From an uncultured Mesorhizobium sp. (GTDB lineage: Bacteria > Pseudomonadota > Alphaproteobacteria > Rhizobiales > Rhizobiaceae): a stretch of DNA of 64,000 nt. This document shows positions 9,279-20,785 of this stretch, piece after piece. How positions within the stretch are numbered: position 1 is the first letter of the stretch; every line of letters starts with the position of its first letter. The DNA is taken from contig CAZEEC010000001.1 in the NCBI GenBank assembly GCA_964511105.1, positions 11,358 through 75,357 of the forward strand. Direction: 5' to 3'. Both the position numbers and the translations under genes were made by a program. Under the pieces are notes generated by a model, which was not told where the DNA came from, did no database searches, and saw only the letters and a program-made list of their open reading frames with translations.

Positions 9279-10208
9279 ATGAACATCATGCGCACGGCCA
9301 TGCTTTTGGCCTTCATGACGGCGCTTTTCATGGGCGTCGGCTATCTGCTTGGCGGAACCGGCGGCATGATGATCGCCTTCGTCATCGCGGCGGCGATGAA
9401 TCTGTTCAGCTACTGGAACTCCGACAAGATGGTTCTACGCATGCACAATGCGGTCGAAGTCGACGAGCGTTCGGCTCCGGAGTATTACGGTATGGTGCGC
9501 GACTTGGCGCAACGGGCCGGACTTCCGATGCCGAAGGTTTTTCTCATCCGCGAGAACCAGCCGAACGCTTTCGCGACCGGACGCAATCCGCAAAATGCGG
9601 CGGTGGCCGCGACCACCGGCTTGCTCGATCGGCTGACCTACGATGAGGTGGCCGGCGTGATGGCGCACGAACTGGCGCATGTGCAAAACCGCGACACGCT
9701 GATCATGACCATCACCGCGACGATTGCCGGCGCGATCTCGATGCTCGCCAATTTCGCGTTTTTCTTCAGGGGCAATAACAACAACAATCCGCTCGGCATC
9801 ATCGGCGTTCTGGTCGCCATGGTCGTTGCGCCACTGGCCGCGATGCTGGTGCAGATGGCGATCAGCCGGACGCGCGAGTATTCGGCCGACCGGCTCGGCG
9901 CCGAAATTTGCGGCGATCCGGGCGCACTTGCGTCCGCGCTCCAGAAGATTTCCGCCTCGGCCGGCCGGATCCGCAACGAGGATGCAGAACGCAATCCCGC
10001 GAGCGCTCACATGTTTATCATCAACCCCCTTTCGGGCGAGAAGATGGACAATCTGTTCTCCACCCATCCCGCAACGGAAAACCGGATCGCGGAGCTTCGC
10101 AAGCTGTCCGAGCGGATGAGCCGCGGCGCGGGCACGCGACCGCGTGCGCCAAGCGGCTCAGGGCCATGGTCGAACAATCCGACCGGACCGAGAGGTCCGT
10201 GGTCGTGA
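9279..10208 (+). CDS. htpX: Zinc metalloprotease HtpX
   Basis: [15 protein letters not shown] zinc motif, [14 protein letters not shown]. Confidence 0.95.
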   Translation: MNIMRTAMLLAFMTALFMGVGYLLGGTGGMMIAFVIAAAMNLFSYWNSDKMVLRMHNAVEVDERSAPEYYGMVRDLAQRAGLPMPKVFLIRENQPNAFATGRNPQNAAVAATTGLLDRLTYDEVAGVMAHELAHVQNRDTLIMTITATIAGAISMLANFAFFFRGNNNNNPLGIIGVLVAMVVAPLAAMLVQMAISRTREYSADRLGAEICGDPGALASALQKISASAGRIRNEDAERNPASAHMFIINPLSGEKMDNLFSTHPATENRIAELRKLSERMSRGAGTRPRAPSGSGPWSNNPTGPRGPWS

Positions 10209-11587
10209 AGGCCGTCAGGGCGGATCGGTCCAAGACGAGGCACGCCGCACTCGATGACAATACGCCAGGCCTTGCCGCCCGGCGTGTCGCTGCCAGACTT
10301 CTGGGCGCTGTCATCGATACCAAGACACCGCTCGACGGGCTGACAGACAGCGAACACGGTCATCCGTCGTATCGGGCGCTCGATATGCGTGACCGCAGCC
10401 TGGTGCGCGCGATCCTGACCACCGCATTGCGCCATCGTATGACGATCCAGGCGCTGATCGATGCGCGCCTCGATCGGCCGCTGCCTGCCAATGCAAGTGC
10501 ATTGAGCCATGTTCTGCATGTCGGCGCTGCTCAGCTTCTGTTTCTCGATGTTCCCGACAGTGCGGCCGTCGACCTTGCGGTGACACACGCCAAGTGCGAC
10601 CCGCGCACGGCCCGATTCGCGAACTTGGTCAACGCCATTTTGCGCGAGATCGGGCGGCGCAAAGAGCGCGCGTTACCGGCGGTTCTTGCGAGGACGGTCG
10701 ACGCGCCGAACTGGTTTACCAGCCGTTTGACGGAAGCTTATGGCGCTTCCCGAGCCAGGCAGATATTGGCTATGCACCGCCACGAGGCGGCGATCGACCT
10801 GACAGTGAAGTCGGACGCGGACGGCTGGGCGGAACGGCTCGGCGGCGTCGTGCTTCCGACGGGATCGGTGCGGCTCGTCGAAATCGCGGGATCTTTATCG
10901 GAACTCGAAGGCTTCGCGGACGGCCACTGGTGGGTGCAGGACGCCGCCGCCGCCTTGCCCGCGCGCCTGATGGGCGACATCGCGGGCCTGCGTGTCGCCG
11001 ATCTTTGCGCGGCCCCGGGTGGGAAGACTGCCCAACTGGTCTCGGCAGGCGCGAATGTGACGGCGATCGAGAAGGTGCCGAACCGGGCGAAGCGGCTGGC
11101 TGCAAATATGGAGCGGTTGAAGCTCGAGGCGCAGATCGTTGTCGCGGACCTGTTCGAACATCATCCGGACCAGCTTTACGATGCCGTCTTGCTCGACGCA
11201 CCCTGTTCCTCGACTGGTACGATCCGGCGGCATGCCGACGTGGCATGGACCAAGACGCCCGATGACATCGCACGACTGGCCGGTTTGCAACGACGGATGC
11301 TCGAACACGCCGCTACGATCGTGAAGCCTGGGGGCATGGTCCTTTTTTGCAATTGCTCGCTCGACCCGCAAGAAGGCGAAGCAATGATCGCCGCCACATT
11401 GGACGAGAACCCGCGGCTTGAACGCAGGTCAATTCGACCGGGCGAGTTCCCGTTTGCGGACTCCTTTCTCGACAGCGACGGTGCGCTCCGTACGACCCCC
11501 GCCGACCTGCCGAACGAGAACCCACGGCTGGCAGGCCTCGACGGGTTCTATGCCGTCCGACTGGCGACCAGCATCCAGGCCGCATGA
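10205..11587 (+). CDS. rsmB: RsmB/NOP2 family rRNA m5C methyltransferase with NusB-like N-terminus
   Basis: [10 protein letters not shown] and [15 protein letters not shown] motifs; GTG start overlaps the htpX stop (GTGA), alternative GTG at 10199. Confidence 0.9.
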   Translation: MKAVRADRSKTRHAALDDNTPGLAARRVAARLLGAVIDTKTPLDGLTDSEHGHPSYRALDMRDRSLVRAILTTALRHRMTIQALIDARLDRPLPANASALSHVLHVGAAQLLFLDVPDSAAVDLAVTHAKCDPRTARFANLVNAILREIGRRKERALPAVLARTVDAPNWFTSRLTEAYGASRARQILAMHRHEAAIDLTVKSDADGWAERLGGVVLPTGSVRLVEIAGSLSELEGFADGHWWVQDAAAALPARLMGDIAGLRVADLCAAPGGKTAQLVSAGANVTAIEKVPNRAKRLAANMERLKLEAQIVVADLFEHHPDQLYDAVLLDAPCSSTGTIRRHADVAWTKTPDDIARLAGLQRRMLEHAATIVKPGGMVLFCNCSLDPQEGEAMIAATLDENPRLERRSIRPGEFPFADSFLDSDGALRTTPADLPNENPRLAGLDGFYAVRLATSIQAA

Positions 11588-11677
11588 ATTGAATCGCATT
11601 TGACCTTCGCACAAGCGCTTGAATCAGCTATGATTCTGGGTGGGACGACATCGCATCGGCGGTGAGGAGGTCGGGGT

Positions 11678-13390
11678 TTGGCAATGGCGGTGAACTACGA
11701 CCCCCAATTGTGGGGCTTCGTGGCGAGTGAGGCTTGGCGGCGCGCGCGGCGGCGCCTGCGCTCCGGCCCACTTTATCGCTGGCGGTTTTCCGGACCCACA
11801 CCCGAGCGGATACTGATCGCGCCGCCGGACCTGCGGCTGGCCGACAGCACGCTGATGCAGGAATTCTATCGTGGGCGGTTTCCCCTCGCCGGATCCGTCG
11901 TCGAGACCGGCGGTACATCTCCCTTCCGCGCGGAGCGCGTGCCGGCAGCTTGGCTGGAGGCGCTGCATGGATTCCGCTGGCTACGGCACATGCGTGCTGC
12001 AGAAACCAATCTTGCCGCCGGCAGTGCCCGGGTGCTGGTCTCCGACTGGATCGCCAGCCATGGGCGCCGTATCGCCGGGCTGTCCTGGCAGCCGCCGATC
12101 GTCGCGCGCCGGACGATTGCGTGGCTGCAGCACTCTTCGATTGTGCTCGCCGGTGCCGATATCCAGTTCTACCGCGCCTTCCTGAAATCGCTGGCCGTCC
12201 AGATGCGCTATCTGCGCGCGGTCGCCGGCGAAATGTCCGATGGCGAGGAACGTCTGCGCGCCCGCATCGCGATTGCCTTCGCGGCGCTGTCCCTGCCGTC
12301 GTCACCGGCTCGTATTCGCGTCGCATCGAAGGCGCTGGCCATCGAGCTCGATCGACAGATCCTGCCCGATGGCATGCATATTTCGCGCAATCCCGGCGCG
12401 GTGCTGGAATTGCTTGCCGACCTGCTGCCGTTGCGCCAGACCTATTTCAATCAGGCCGAAGCGCCGCCGGATGCACTGATTGGCGCGATCGAGCGGATGC
12501 TTCCCGCACTGCGCTTCTTCCGGCATCAGGACGGGGTGCTGGCTCGCTTCAACGGCATGGGATCGACCAGCCATGACCGCGTGGCCGCGATTCTGCACCA
12601 TGACGACGCCGGCGGCGCCCCTATCTTGCATGCTTCGCATGGCGGCTATGACAGGCTGGCCATGGGAGAGACGACGATTATCGCCGATACGGGCGCGCCG
12701 CCGCCGCCCGATATCAGCCATGACGCTCAAGCCGGCTGCCTGTCCTTCGAAATGTCGTCCGGGAGGCATCACTTCATCGTCAATTGCGGCGTCGATAATT
12801 ACGGCGCCGAGGATTTTCGCCTGCTTTCTCGCTCGACCGCGGCCCATTCAACGGCAACGGTCAACGAAACCTCGTCGGCGCGCTTTGCGCTATCCGGTCG
12901 CCTCCGCGCCATGGTTGGCTCGCCGCTGATCGGACCGATCCGCAAGGTGCGGTGCAAGCGCTTCGACAGTTCCGGCATCCAGGGCATGGTCGCCAGTCAT
13001 GATGGCTATGCGCGACGCTACGGAATCATCCATGAACGCGAGCTGATGTTGGCGGGCGCTGGCGATATCCTCGAAGGCACCGACCGCTTCTACTCGGTTC
13101 GCAGCAACATGACGCGGCCCGGTCCGGGCATGGCGGTGCAGATACGCTTTCATCTTCATCCCGATATCGGCGTGTACCGCAACGAGCATGATCAACTTGT
13201 CCTCAAGGGTCATGAAACAGACATCTGGACATTCGACGTCGAGGGCGTGGCGCCGATCGTCGAGGAGTCGATGTTCTTCGCCTCGATCGGCGGACCGCGC
13301 CGGTCGCGCCAACTTGTCGTCGAGATCGATCCCTCGGTCCTTCCCGAAGTCGCTTGGCGGTTCACACGCAGCGAACGGGCTGCGTCCTGA
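11678..13390 (+). CDS. Heparinase II/III family protein
   Basis: QILPDGMHISRNP, GCLSFEMSSG, RSTAAHST and ASHDGY motifs; usual position between rsmB and purH; GAGGAGG SD before TTG. Confidence 0.8.
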   Translation: MAMAVNYDPQLWGFVASEAWRRARRRLRSGPLYRWRFSGPTPERILIAPPDLRLADSTLMQEFYRGRFPLAGSVVETGGTSPFRAERVPAAWLEALHGFRWLRHMRAAETNLAAGSARVLVSDWIASHGRRIAGLSWQPPIVARRTIAWLQHSSIVLAGADIQFYRAFLKSLAVQMRYLRAVAGEMSDGEERLRARIAIAFAALSLPSSPARIRVASKALAIELDRQILPDGMHISRNPGAVLELLADLLPLRQTYFNQAEAPPDALIGAIERMLPALRFFRHQDGVLARFNGMGSTSHDRVAAILHHDDAGGAPILHASHGGYDRLAMGETTIIADTGAPPPPDISHDAQAGCLSFEMSSGRHHFIVNCGVDNYGAEDFRLLSRSTAAHSTATVNETSSARFALSGRLRAMVGSPLIGPIRKVRCKRFDSSGIQGMVASHDGYARRYGIIHERELMLAGAGDILEGTDRFYSVRSNMTRPGPGMAVQIRFHLHPDIGVYRNEHDQLVLKGHETDIWTFDVEGVAPIVEESMFFASIGGPRRSRQLVVEIDPSVLPEVAWRFTRSERAAS

Positions 13391-13461
13391 GCGCTGCTTG
13401 ATTCCGGCGCGGTCTGTGGTAGGCGGACGATCGTTCCTCCGCTGCGCAAAGGAGTCCCCCG

Positions 13462-15078
13462 ATGGCGATTGCGTCCAAGAACATCCCGGCACCCGGTCGC
13501 GTGCGCGTCCGCCGCGCGCTGCTTTCGGTCTCCGATAAGACAGGGCTTGTCGATCTGGCGCGGAAACTTGCGGCGCTTGGCATCGAGTTGATATCGACTG
13601 GCGGCACCTCCAGGGCGATCGCGGAAGCCGGGCTGCCGGTGAAGGACGTGTCGGACGTGACCGGCTTTCCCGAGATCATGGACGGACGAGTCAAGACGCT
13701 CCACCCGGCCGTGCATGGCGGGTTGCTCGCCATACGGGACGATGCCGATCACCAGGCCGCGATGGCGACCCATGCAATCAACCCGATCGATCTGGCGATC
13801 ATCAATCTTTATCCGTTCGAAGATGTCAGGCGCGCGGGCGGAGATTATGCCGCGATCGTCGAGAACATCGATATTGGCGGCCCGGCCATGGTGCGTGCAT
13901 CGGCAAAAAATCATGCCTATGTCGCAATCGTCACCGATCCGGCGGACTACGGGCGCCTCATCGAGACCTTGAAAGCAAACGCGGGCGAGACCGACTATCG
14001 TCTGCGGCAAGAACTTGCGGCGAAAGCCTATGCGCGGACGGCGGCGTATGATGCAGCGATCTCCGGATGGTTTGCCGAGACACTAAAAATCGAGACGCCC
14101 GCATCTCGCGCATTCAGCGGCAGGCTTGCAAGCGTCATGCGCTACGGCGAGAACCCGCACCAGACGGCGGCCTTCTATGTCAATGGCGATTCCCGTCCGG
14201 GCGTTGCGACGGCGCGGCAGTTGCAGGGCAAGCAACTGTCCTACAACAATATCAACGATACGGATGCGGCCTTCGAACTGGTTAGCGAGTTCGACCCAGC
14301 GGCGGAGCCTGCGGTGGCGATCATCAAGCACGCCAATCCGTGTGGCGTAGCGACCGGCGGAATACTCAAGGATGCCTATCTGAAGGCGCTTGAATGCGAC
14401 CCCGTCTCCGCATTCGGCGGCATCGTAGCGCTAAATGGCGTGCTCGACGCAGCGGCGGCAGAAGAAATCGTCAAAACCTACACCGAAGTCATCATCGCTC
14501 CCGAAGCCTCCGATGAGGCGATCGCGCTTGTGGCCGCGAAAAAGAACCTTCGGCTGCTCGTGACGGGGGGCCTGTCCGATCCGCGCGCGCCAGGACTTGC
14601 CTTCAAATCCGTGGCCGGCGGGATGCTCGTTCAAAGCCGCGACAATGGCGCTGTCGGCGATCTCGATCTGAAGGTCGTCACAAAGCGACCACCAAGCGAA
14701 GCGGAATTGGCCGATCTGCGCTTTGCTTTTCGCGTTGCCAAACACGTGAAGTCCAACGCGATCGTCTATGCGCGCGACGGCGCCACGGTGGGCATCGGAG
14801 CAGGCCAGATGAGCCGCGTGGACTCCTCACGCATTGCTGTGCGCAAGGCAATCGACGCCGCCGATGCGGCCGGTTGGACGGAGCCGAAAACAAAGGGATC
14901 GGTGGTCGCGTCGGACGCCTTCTTCCCCTTCGCCGACGGTCTTCTTGCGGCTGTCGAAGCAGGTGCGACGGCAGTGATCCAGCCCGGCGGGTCGATGCGC
15001 GACGACGAGGTGATTGCCGCAGCCGACGCCCATGGAATCGCGATGGTGTTCACGGCTATGCGTCACTTCCGGCACTGA
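13462..15078 (+). CDS. purH: Bifunctional AICAR transformylase / IMP cyclohydrolase
   Basis: [39 protein letters not shown]. Confidence 0.97.
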   Translation: MAIASKNIPAPGRVRVRRALLSVSDKTGLVDLARKLAALGIELISTGGTSRAIAEAGLPVKDVSDVTGFPEIMDGRVKTLHPAVHGGLLAIRDDADHQAAMATHAINPIDLAIINLYPFEDVRRAGGDYAAIVENIDIGGPAMVRASAKNHAYVAIVTDPADYGRLIETLKANAGETDYRLRQELAAKAYARTAAYDAAISGWFAETLKIETPASRAFSGRLASVMRYGENPHQTAAFYVNGDSRPGVATARQLQGKQLSYNNINDTDAAFELVSEFDPAAEPAVAIIKHANPCGVATGGILKDAYLKALECDPVSAFGGIVALNGVLDAAAAEEIVKTYTEVIIAPEASDEAIALVAAKKNLRLLVTGGLSDPRAPGLAFKSVAGGMLVQSRDNGAVGDLDLKVVTKRPPSEAELADLRFAFRVAKHVKSNAIVYARDGATVGIGAGQMSRVDSSRIAVRKAIDAADAAGWTEPKTKGSVVASDAFFPFADGLLAAVEAGATAVIQPGGSMRDDEVIAAADAHGIAMVFTAMRHFRH

Positions 15079-15085
15079 AGGAACA

Positions 15086-15748
15086 TCATCGCGCGCCGAA
15101 AATCGCGGAGCCGATACGGACCGAGGTGGCTCCGAACGCGATGGCGGTTTCGAAGTCGCCCGACATGCCCATAGAAAGCTTCGAGACGCCCGCTTCACCG
15201 GCAAGCTTTTCCAGAAGGGCGAAATGCGGTCCCGGGTTCTCGTCGAGCGGTGGGATCGCCATCAAGCCCTCTATCTCCAAGCCGTGGACCTCGCGGCAGC
15301 GCTTCACGAACGCAACGGTCTGGCGCGGATCGATGCCGGCCTTTTGCTCCTCAAGACCGGTATTCACCTGGACATAAAGGCGCGGCCGCTTGTCCTGCTT
15401 CTTCATTTCCTTGGCAAGTTCGGCGGCGATCTTTTCGCGATCCACCGTCTCGATGACGTCGAAGAGGGCGACCGCTTCCTTTGCCTTGTTCGATTGGAGG
15501 GGGCCGATCAGGCGCAATTCGAGGCCACCGAACTCCTCGCGCAGTTCCGGCCATTTCGCCTGAGCCTCCTGGACGCGATTCTCGCCAAAAATATGCTGCC
15601 CGGCAGCGATAACGGGACGGACCTCATCTGCGCTGAACGTCTTCGAGACGGCGACCAGCTTGATGTCATCGGCCGCGCGTCCGGCATCCCTGGCCGCCCC
15701 CTGCATTTTTGCCCTGACCTCTTGCAGCCGCTCGACCGCGCTTGACAT
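15086..15748 (-). CDS. yggS: PLP homeostasis protein, YggS family
   Basis: [40 protein letters not shown]. Confidence 0.95.
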   Translation of the reverse strand: MSSAVERLQEVRAKMQGAARDAGRAADDIKLVAVSKTFSADEVRPVIAAGQHIFGENRVQEAQAKWPELREEFGGLELRLIGPLQSNKAKEAVALFDVIETVDREKIAAELAKEMKKQDKRPRLYVQVNTGLEEQKAGIDPRQTVAFVKRCREVHGLEIEGLMAIPPLDENPGPHFALLEKLAGEAGVSKLSMGMSGDFETAIAFGATSVRIGSAIFGAR

Positions 15749-15843
15749 CACGTCTCCCATTTCCGCGAGTGTTGACGCTTGTGGCAAACCATGGTGAAGG
15801 TCCGCGCACGATTATCATTTCCCACTTAAGCAAAAAAGCTTCC

Positions 15844-18471
15844 ATGGCAACCGAACGATACAACCCGCGTGCCAGCGAACCGAAATGGCAAAAGGCCTGG
15901 GACGACGCACAACTCTTCGCGACCCATAACGACGATCCGCGCGAGAAATATTACGTGCTGGAGATGTTCCCCTATCCGTCGGGCCGCATCCATATGGGCC
16001 ATGTGCGCAATTACACGATGGGCGACGTCGTAGCGCGCTACAAGCGCGCGGCCGGATATAACGTGCTTCATCCGATGGGTTGGGATGCCTTCGGCCTGCC
16101 GGCTGAAAATGCGGCGCGCGATAACAAGGTCAATCCGCGCGACTGGACCTACGCGAATATCGCGACGATGAAGAGCCAGTTGAAGACGATGGGCCTGTCG
16201 CTCGACTGGAGCCGCGAATTCGCCACCTGCGATCCAAGCTACTACCGGCACCAGCAGAAGCTGTTCCTCGACTTTTGGAAGGCTGGGCTCGTCGAGCGCC
16301 GCGCCGCCAAGGTCAACTGGGACCCGGTCGACATGACTGTGCTGGCCAACGAGCAGGTGATCGACGGGCGCGGCTGGCGCTCTGGAGCGCCGGTGGAGCA
16401 GCGCGATCTGACGCAGTGGTTCTTCAAGATCACCTCGATGGCGCAGGACCTGCTTGACGGCCTCGACACGCTGGATCGATGGCCGGACAAGGTCAAGCTG
16501 ATGCAGGCGAACTGGATCGGCCGCTCGGAAGGCCTGCAGATCCGCTGGGCGCTCGACCCGGCGACCGCGCCCGACGGCGAAAGCGAACTCGAAGTCTATA
16601 CCACGCGCCCCGATACGATCTTCGGCGCGTCGTTCATGGCGCTTGCCGCCGACCATCCGCTCGCCAGGAAGGCGGCGGCGACGAATCCGGGCCTTGCCGC
16701 CTTCATCGAGGAGGTCCGCCGTTCGGGCACCTCGGCGGCGACGCTGGAGACGGCCGACAAAAAGGGCTTCGACACGGGTATTCGGGTCGTGCATCCTTTT
16801 GATGAGAATTGGACGCTGCCGGTCTATGTCGCGAACTTCGTGCTGATGGATTACGGCACCGGCGCGATTTTCGGCTGTCCTTCGGGCGATCAGCGTGACC
16901 TTGACTTCGCCAATAAGTATGGCCTGCCGGTTTTGCCGGTTGTGATGCCGCAGCACGCCGACACCGCGACCTTTCAGATCACGGAGGAGGCCTATACCGA
17001 CGACGGCGTGATGATCAATTCGCGCTTTCTCGATGGCATGACTCCAGCCCAGGCCTTTGAAGAAGTCTCCGAGCGGCTTTCAGGCGTCACCATCAATGGA
17101 CGTCCTCAAGGTGAGCGCAAGGTGCAGTTCCGCTTGCGCGACTGGCTGATCTCGCGCCAGCGTTATTGGGGCTGCCCGATTCCCGTCATCCATTGCGACG
17201 CATGCGGCGCAGTCCCCGTACCGGCGACCGAACTGCCCATCCTGTTACCCGACGACGTTACCTTCGAAAAGCCAGGCAATCCGCTCGATCATCACCCGAC
17301 TTGGAAGCACACCGCTTGCCCCAATTGCGGCAAGGATGCGCGACGCGACACCGACACGATGGATACGTTTGTCGACTCCTCATGGTATTTCGCGCGGTTC
17401 ACGGATCCTTGGAACGAAGAACATCCGACCGATATTGGCCACGTCGATGGTCCGCAAGGCTGGCTTGCGGTGGACCAATATATCGGGGGCATCGAGCACG
17501 CGATCCTGCACCTGCTGTATTCCCGCTTCTTCGTGCGCGCCATGAAGGCGACCGACCATGTAACTCAAGTCAAGGAGCCGTTCGACGGGCTGTTCACCCA
17601 GGGCATGGTGGTGCACGAGACCTACCGCGGTGCCGAGGGGTGGGTAACACCAGCCGAAATCAGAGTCGAAGAGGTCGACGGAAAACGCAAGGCCAGCCTG
17701 CTTGCAACCGGCGAGGAACTCTCGATCGGCTCGATCGAGAAGATGTCGAAGTCGAAGAAGAACGTTGTCGATCCCGACGACATCATCCAGAGTTACGGTG
17801 CCGATACGGCACGTTGGTTCATGCTCTCGGACTCGCCGCCCGATCGCGATGTGATCTGGACGGAAGCGGGCGTCGAAGGCGCGCATCGCTTCGTTCAACG
17901 TGTCTGGCGCCTGATCTGCGAGGCCAATGACGCGGTCCATGGCATCGCCGGCCAAGCCGCGGCCGAGGGCGATGCGGCTGGCATTTCCAAGGTCGCGCAC
18001 AAGACGGTGAAGGCGGTCGGGGCCGATATCGAGCGTTTGGGCTTTAATAAGGCTGTGGCCCGCCTCTATGAACTGGTCAACGCGCTGACGCCGCGCATCC
18101 AGTCGGCCTCTTCGGCCAGTCCGGCTGAAAAGGCGGCGCTGCGCGAAGCGCTCGACATGTTGATCGTGATGCTGGCGCCGATGGCTCCGCATCTGGCCGA
18201 GGAATGCTGGGCGACGCTCGGCGGCGACGGCATGGTGGCCAACCAGCCTTGGCCAACTTACGACGAGAATCTGACCATCGACGACCAGATCACGGTGCCG
18301 GTGCAGATCAACGGCAAGAAGCGCGGCGATTTGACAATTGCTCGCGCGGCGGATCAGTCTGAAGTCGAGGCTGCGGCTCTCGCGTTGGACTTCGTCCAAA
18401 AGGCGCTGGAGGGCAGGGCGCCGCGCAAGGTCATCGTCGTGCCACAGAGGATCATCAATGTCGTTGCTTGA
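15844..18471 (+). CDS. leuS: Leucine--tRNA ligase
   Basis: [13 protein letters not shown] (HIGH-like) and KMSKS motifs. Confidence 0.97.
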   Translation: MATERYNPRASEPKWQKAWDDAQLFATHNDDPREKYYVLEMFPYPSGRIHMGHVRNYTMGDVVARYKRAAGYNVLHPMGWDAFGLPAENAARDNKVNPRDWTYANIATMKSQLKTMGLSLDWSREFATCDPSYYRHQQKLFLDFWKAGLVERRAAKVNWDPVDMTVLANEQVIDGRGWRSGAPVEQRDLTQWFFKITSMAQDLLDGLDTLDRWPDKVKLMQANWIGRSEGLQIRWALDPATAPDGESELEVYTTRPDTIFGASFMALAADHPLARKAAATNPGLAAFIEEVRRSGTSAATLETADKKGFDTGIRVVHPFDENWTLPVYVANFVLMDYGTGAIFGCPSGDQRDLDFANKYGLPVLPVVMPQHADTATFQITEEAYTDDGVMINSRFLDGMTPAQAFEEVSERLSGVTINGRPQGERKVQFRLRDWLISRQRYWGCPIPVIHCDACGAVPVPATELPILLPDDVTFEKPGNPLDHHPTWKHTACPNCGKDARRDTDTMDTFVDSSWYFARFTDPWNEEHPTDIGHVDGPQGWLAVDQYIGGIEHAILHLLYSRFFVRAMKATDHVTQVKEPFDGLFTQGMVVHETYRGAEGWVTPAEIRVEEVDGKRKASLLATGEELSIGSIEKMSKSKKNVVDPDDIIQSYGADTARWFMLSDSPPDRDVIWTEAGVEGAHRFVQRVWRLICEANDAVHGIAGQAAAEGDAAGISKVAHKTVKAVGADIERLGFNKAVARLYELVNALTPRIQSASSASPAEKAALREALDMLIVMLAPMAPHLAEECWATLGGDGMVANQPWPTYDENLTIDDQITVPVQINGKKRGDLTIARAADQSEVEAAALALDFVQKALEGRAPRKVIVVPQRIINVVA

Positions 18472-19006
18472 TGGAAGCCGACTTCGCCTCGCGAGCGTGG
18501 GCCTCTTTCTGTCTCTTCTGACAGTGGCAGGCTGCACTGTCCAGCCGCTCTACGGCTCCGGGCGCACGGTGAATGGCTTGCCACCGATCAGCGCGGAACT
18601 GGCTTCGGTCGCGGTCGCCCCGGTCGGTGACCGCGTTTCCCAGGAAGTGCGCAATCATCTGATCTTTCTGTTGTCAGGCGGAGCCGGCGAACCCACGGCG
18701 CCGATTTATACGGTTCGCCTGGCGGTTTCAGCACAGGACGCGGCAACGGCGTCGATCCAACGGGGGCGGGACGAAGAGCCCACCGCCGCGCTGGTGACTG
18801 TAACGGCGCGTTACGTGTTGACAGATGCTACCGGAGGCCAGATCGGCGCCGGAAGCCGCTCGGCGCAAGCGCCATACGATGTCTCCCGCCAGCAATTTGC
18901 TGCGCTGCGCGCATCACGGGATGCGCAGAACCGCGCGGCGCGGGAGGCTGCAGAGCTTTTGCGGCTGGCCATCCTCCGGGACATTTCCCAGCTACGTACA
19001 CGATAG
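18458..19006 (+). CDS. lptE: LPS assembly lipoprotein LptE
   Basis: Lipobox VAGC followed by TVQPLYG; overlaps the leuS end as is usual. Confidence 0.85.
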   Translation: MSLLDGSRLRLASVGLFLSLLTVAGCTVQPLYGSGRTVNGLPPISAELASVAVAPVGDRVSQEVRNHLIFLLSGGAGEPTAPIYTVRLAVSAQDAATASIQRGRDEEPTAALVTVTARYVLTDATGGQIGAGSRSAQAPYDVSRQQFAALRASRDAQNRAAREAAELLRLAILRDISQLRTR

Positions 19007-19105
19007 CTAAAGTTCGGGAACTTTTTGTTACCACAGCCATTCCTGCTGTATGTCATGGTCCCGTCACCGATTTCGGCGATGAAGGCCGGTGACGGAGTGG
19101 CAAGA

Positions 19106-20002
19106 ATGAATACCCGGCCAGCGCCGCATACGCTGAACACGATCCTCAGCAGTTTCTATCCCGCATCTCATCAACCTGATCACGTCGTCGATCAGCTCAT
19201 CGCCGAGCGTGCGACGCGGCTCTCTCGTCATCCCGCCTGGCCGCTCATCCGGCCTATCCTCTATCGCTATTTCGACTACGATCTCGCCGTGTCGATGGCC
19301 AACGACCTGGCGCCGCTCGGTGGCATCGAGGCGATGGATTACGTCGCCCGCCTCTTGTCGCTCGACGTGGCCGTTACTGGGATCGAGAACATTCCGCTGA
19401 CGGGCAGTTTCGTGCTGGCGCCGAGCCACCCGACCGGAATTGCGGACGGCATCGCCATCTACGAGTTGATGAAGCCGGTGCGGACCGACGTATCGATCCT
19501 TGCCAATCGGGACGCACTGCGTGTTGCGGCGGGCCTTCGCGACCTGATCATTCCGGTGGAGTGGCGGCAGGGCGAGAAGAGCCACTCGAAAAGCCGCGAC
19601 ACGCTCGAGATGACCGCTAGGGCATTCGCGAGCAAGCGCGCCATCGTGCTGTTTCCCTCTGGCCGCATTGCCTATTGGAACAAGGACCGGCTGACTGAAC
19701 GTACCTGGCAGCCTTCCTTCGTGGCGCTCGCGCGGCGCTACAACGTGCCGGTAGTGCCGGCGCGCATCACGGCCCGAAACTCGGGTTTGTTCTATTTCCT
19801 CTCGAAATATTCGACCGAAATGCGCGACATGACCATCTTCCACGAGCTTCTCAACAAGAAGAACAGGCCGTTCTCGATCACGGTCGGCAAGCCCATCGCG
19901 CCCGACCTGCTGGCGGGTGACGGCGCCGAGGTCGCGGCACGGGTGCAAAAGCACACGATTGAGACGTTGGCGCACGATCCCGAGGCGGAGTTCACACGGT
20001 GA
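19106..20002 (+). CDS. Lysophospholipid/glycerol acyltransferase family protein
   Basis: HPTGIADG (HxxxxD) and LFPSG motifs; start approximate. Confidence 0.8.
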   Translation: MNTRPAPHTLNTILSSFYPASHQPDHVVDQLIAERATRLSRHPAWPLIRPILYRYFDYDLAVSMANDLAPLGGIEAMDYVARLLSLDVAVTGIENIPLTGSFVLAPSHPTGIADGIAIYELMKPVRTDVSILANRDALRVAAGLRDLIIPVEWRQGEKSHSKSRDTLEMTARAFASKRAIVLFPSGRIAYWNKDRLTERTWQPSFVALARRYNVPVVPARITARNSGLFYFLSKYSTEMRDMTIFHELLNKKNRPFSITVGKPIAPDLLAGDGAEVAARVQKHTIETLAHDPEAEFTR

Positions 20003-20041
20003 GCGCCGTCCTGTGCCGGTAGCATCCGATGCGTGCGAAGA

Positions 20042-20695
20042 TCAGCCGATCTTCTGCCCGGTCTTTGCCCAGTCAGCCAGGAACAATTCCAGCCCCTTGT
20101 CGGTGAGCGGGTGCTTGGCCAACGCCTTCAAGGTCGCAGCCGGCACCGTTGCCACGTCGGCACCTATCATGGCTGCCAGCTTGACGTGGTTCACCGTCCG
20201 GATCGATGCGGCCAGAATCTCGGTGTTGAAATCGTAATTGTCGTAGATGGTCCGGATCTCGGAGATCAACTCCATGCCGTCGGCACCCATGTCGTCGATG
20301 CGGCCGATGAAGGGCGAGATGAAGGTTGCGCCGGCCTTCGCGGCCAAGAGCGCCTGCGTGGCCGAAAAGCAAAGGGTGACATTGACGAGGCGCCCGTCGG
20401 AAGTGAGCGCCTTGCACGCCTTGAGGCCGTCCAGCGTCAGCGGCAACTTGATGCAGATATTGTCGGCGATCTTTGACAGCACGTCGGCTTCGCGCATCAT
20501 CTCGGCGTAATCCGTCGCCGTGACTTCGGACGAGACGGGGCCGTCGACGATATCGCAAATCTCCTTGGTCACCTCCCGGATGTCGCGGCCGGTCTTCAGG
20601 ATCAATGACGGGTTGGTCGTCACGCCGTCGAGAAGGCCATATTCGTTGAGCTCGCGAATGTCGGCGACATCGGCGGTATCGACGAAGAATTTCAT
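20042..20695 (-). CDS. tal: Transaldolase / fructose-6-phosphate aldolase (TalC/MipB type)
   Basis: [41 protein letters not shown]. Confidence 0.93.
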   Translation of the reverse strand: MKFFVDTADVADIRELNEYGLLDGVTTNPSLILKTGRDIREVTKEICDIVDGPVSSEVTATDYAEMMREADVLSKIADNICIKLPLTLDGLKACKALTSDGRLVNVTLCFSATQALLAAKAGATFISPFIGRIDDMGADGMELISEIRTIYDNYDFNTEILAASIRTVNHVKLAAMIGADVATVPAATLKALAKHPLTDKGLELFLADWAKTGQKIG

Positions 20696-20785
20696 GAGAC
20701 ATCTCCTGAAATGTTGGGGCGGACAATGCACGCCACAAGAGCTTACCTCTTGCACTAGCGCAAGATCGAGGCAAGGTCACGCGCG

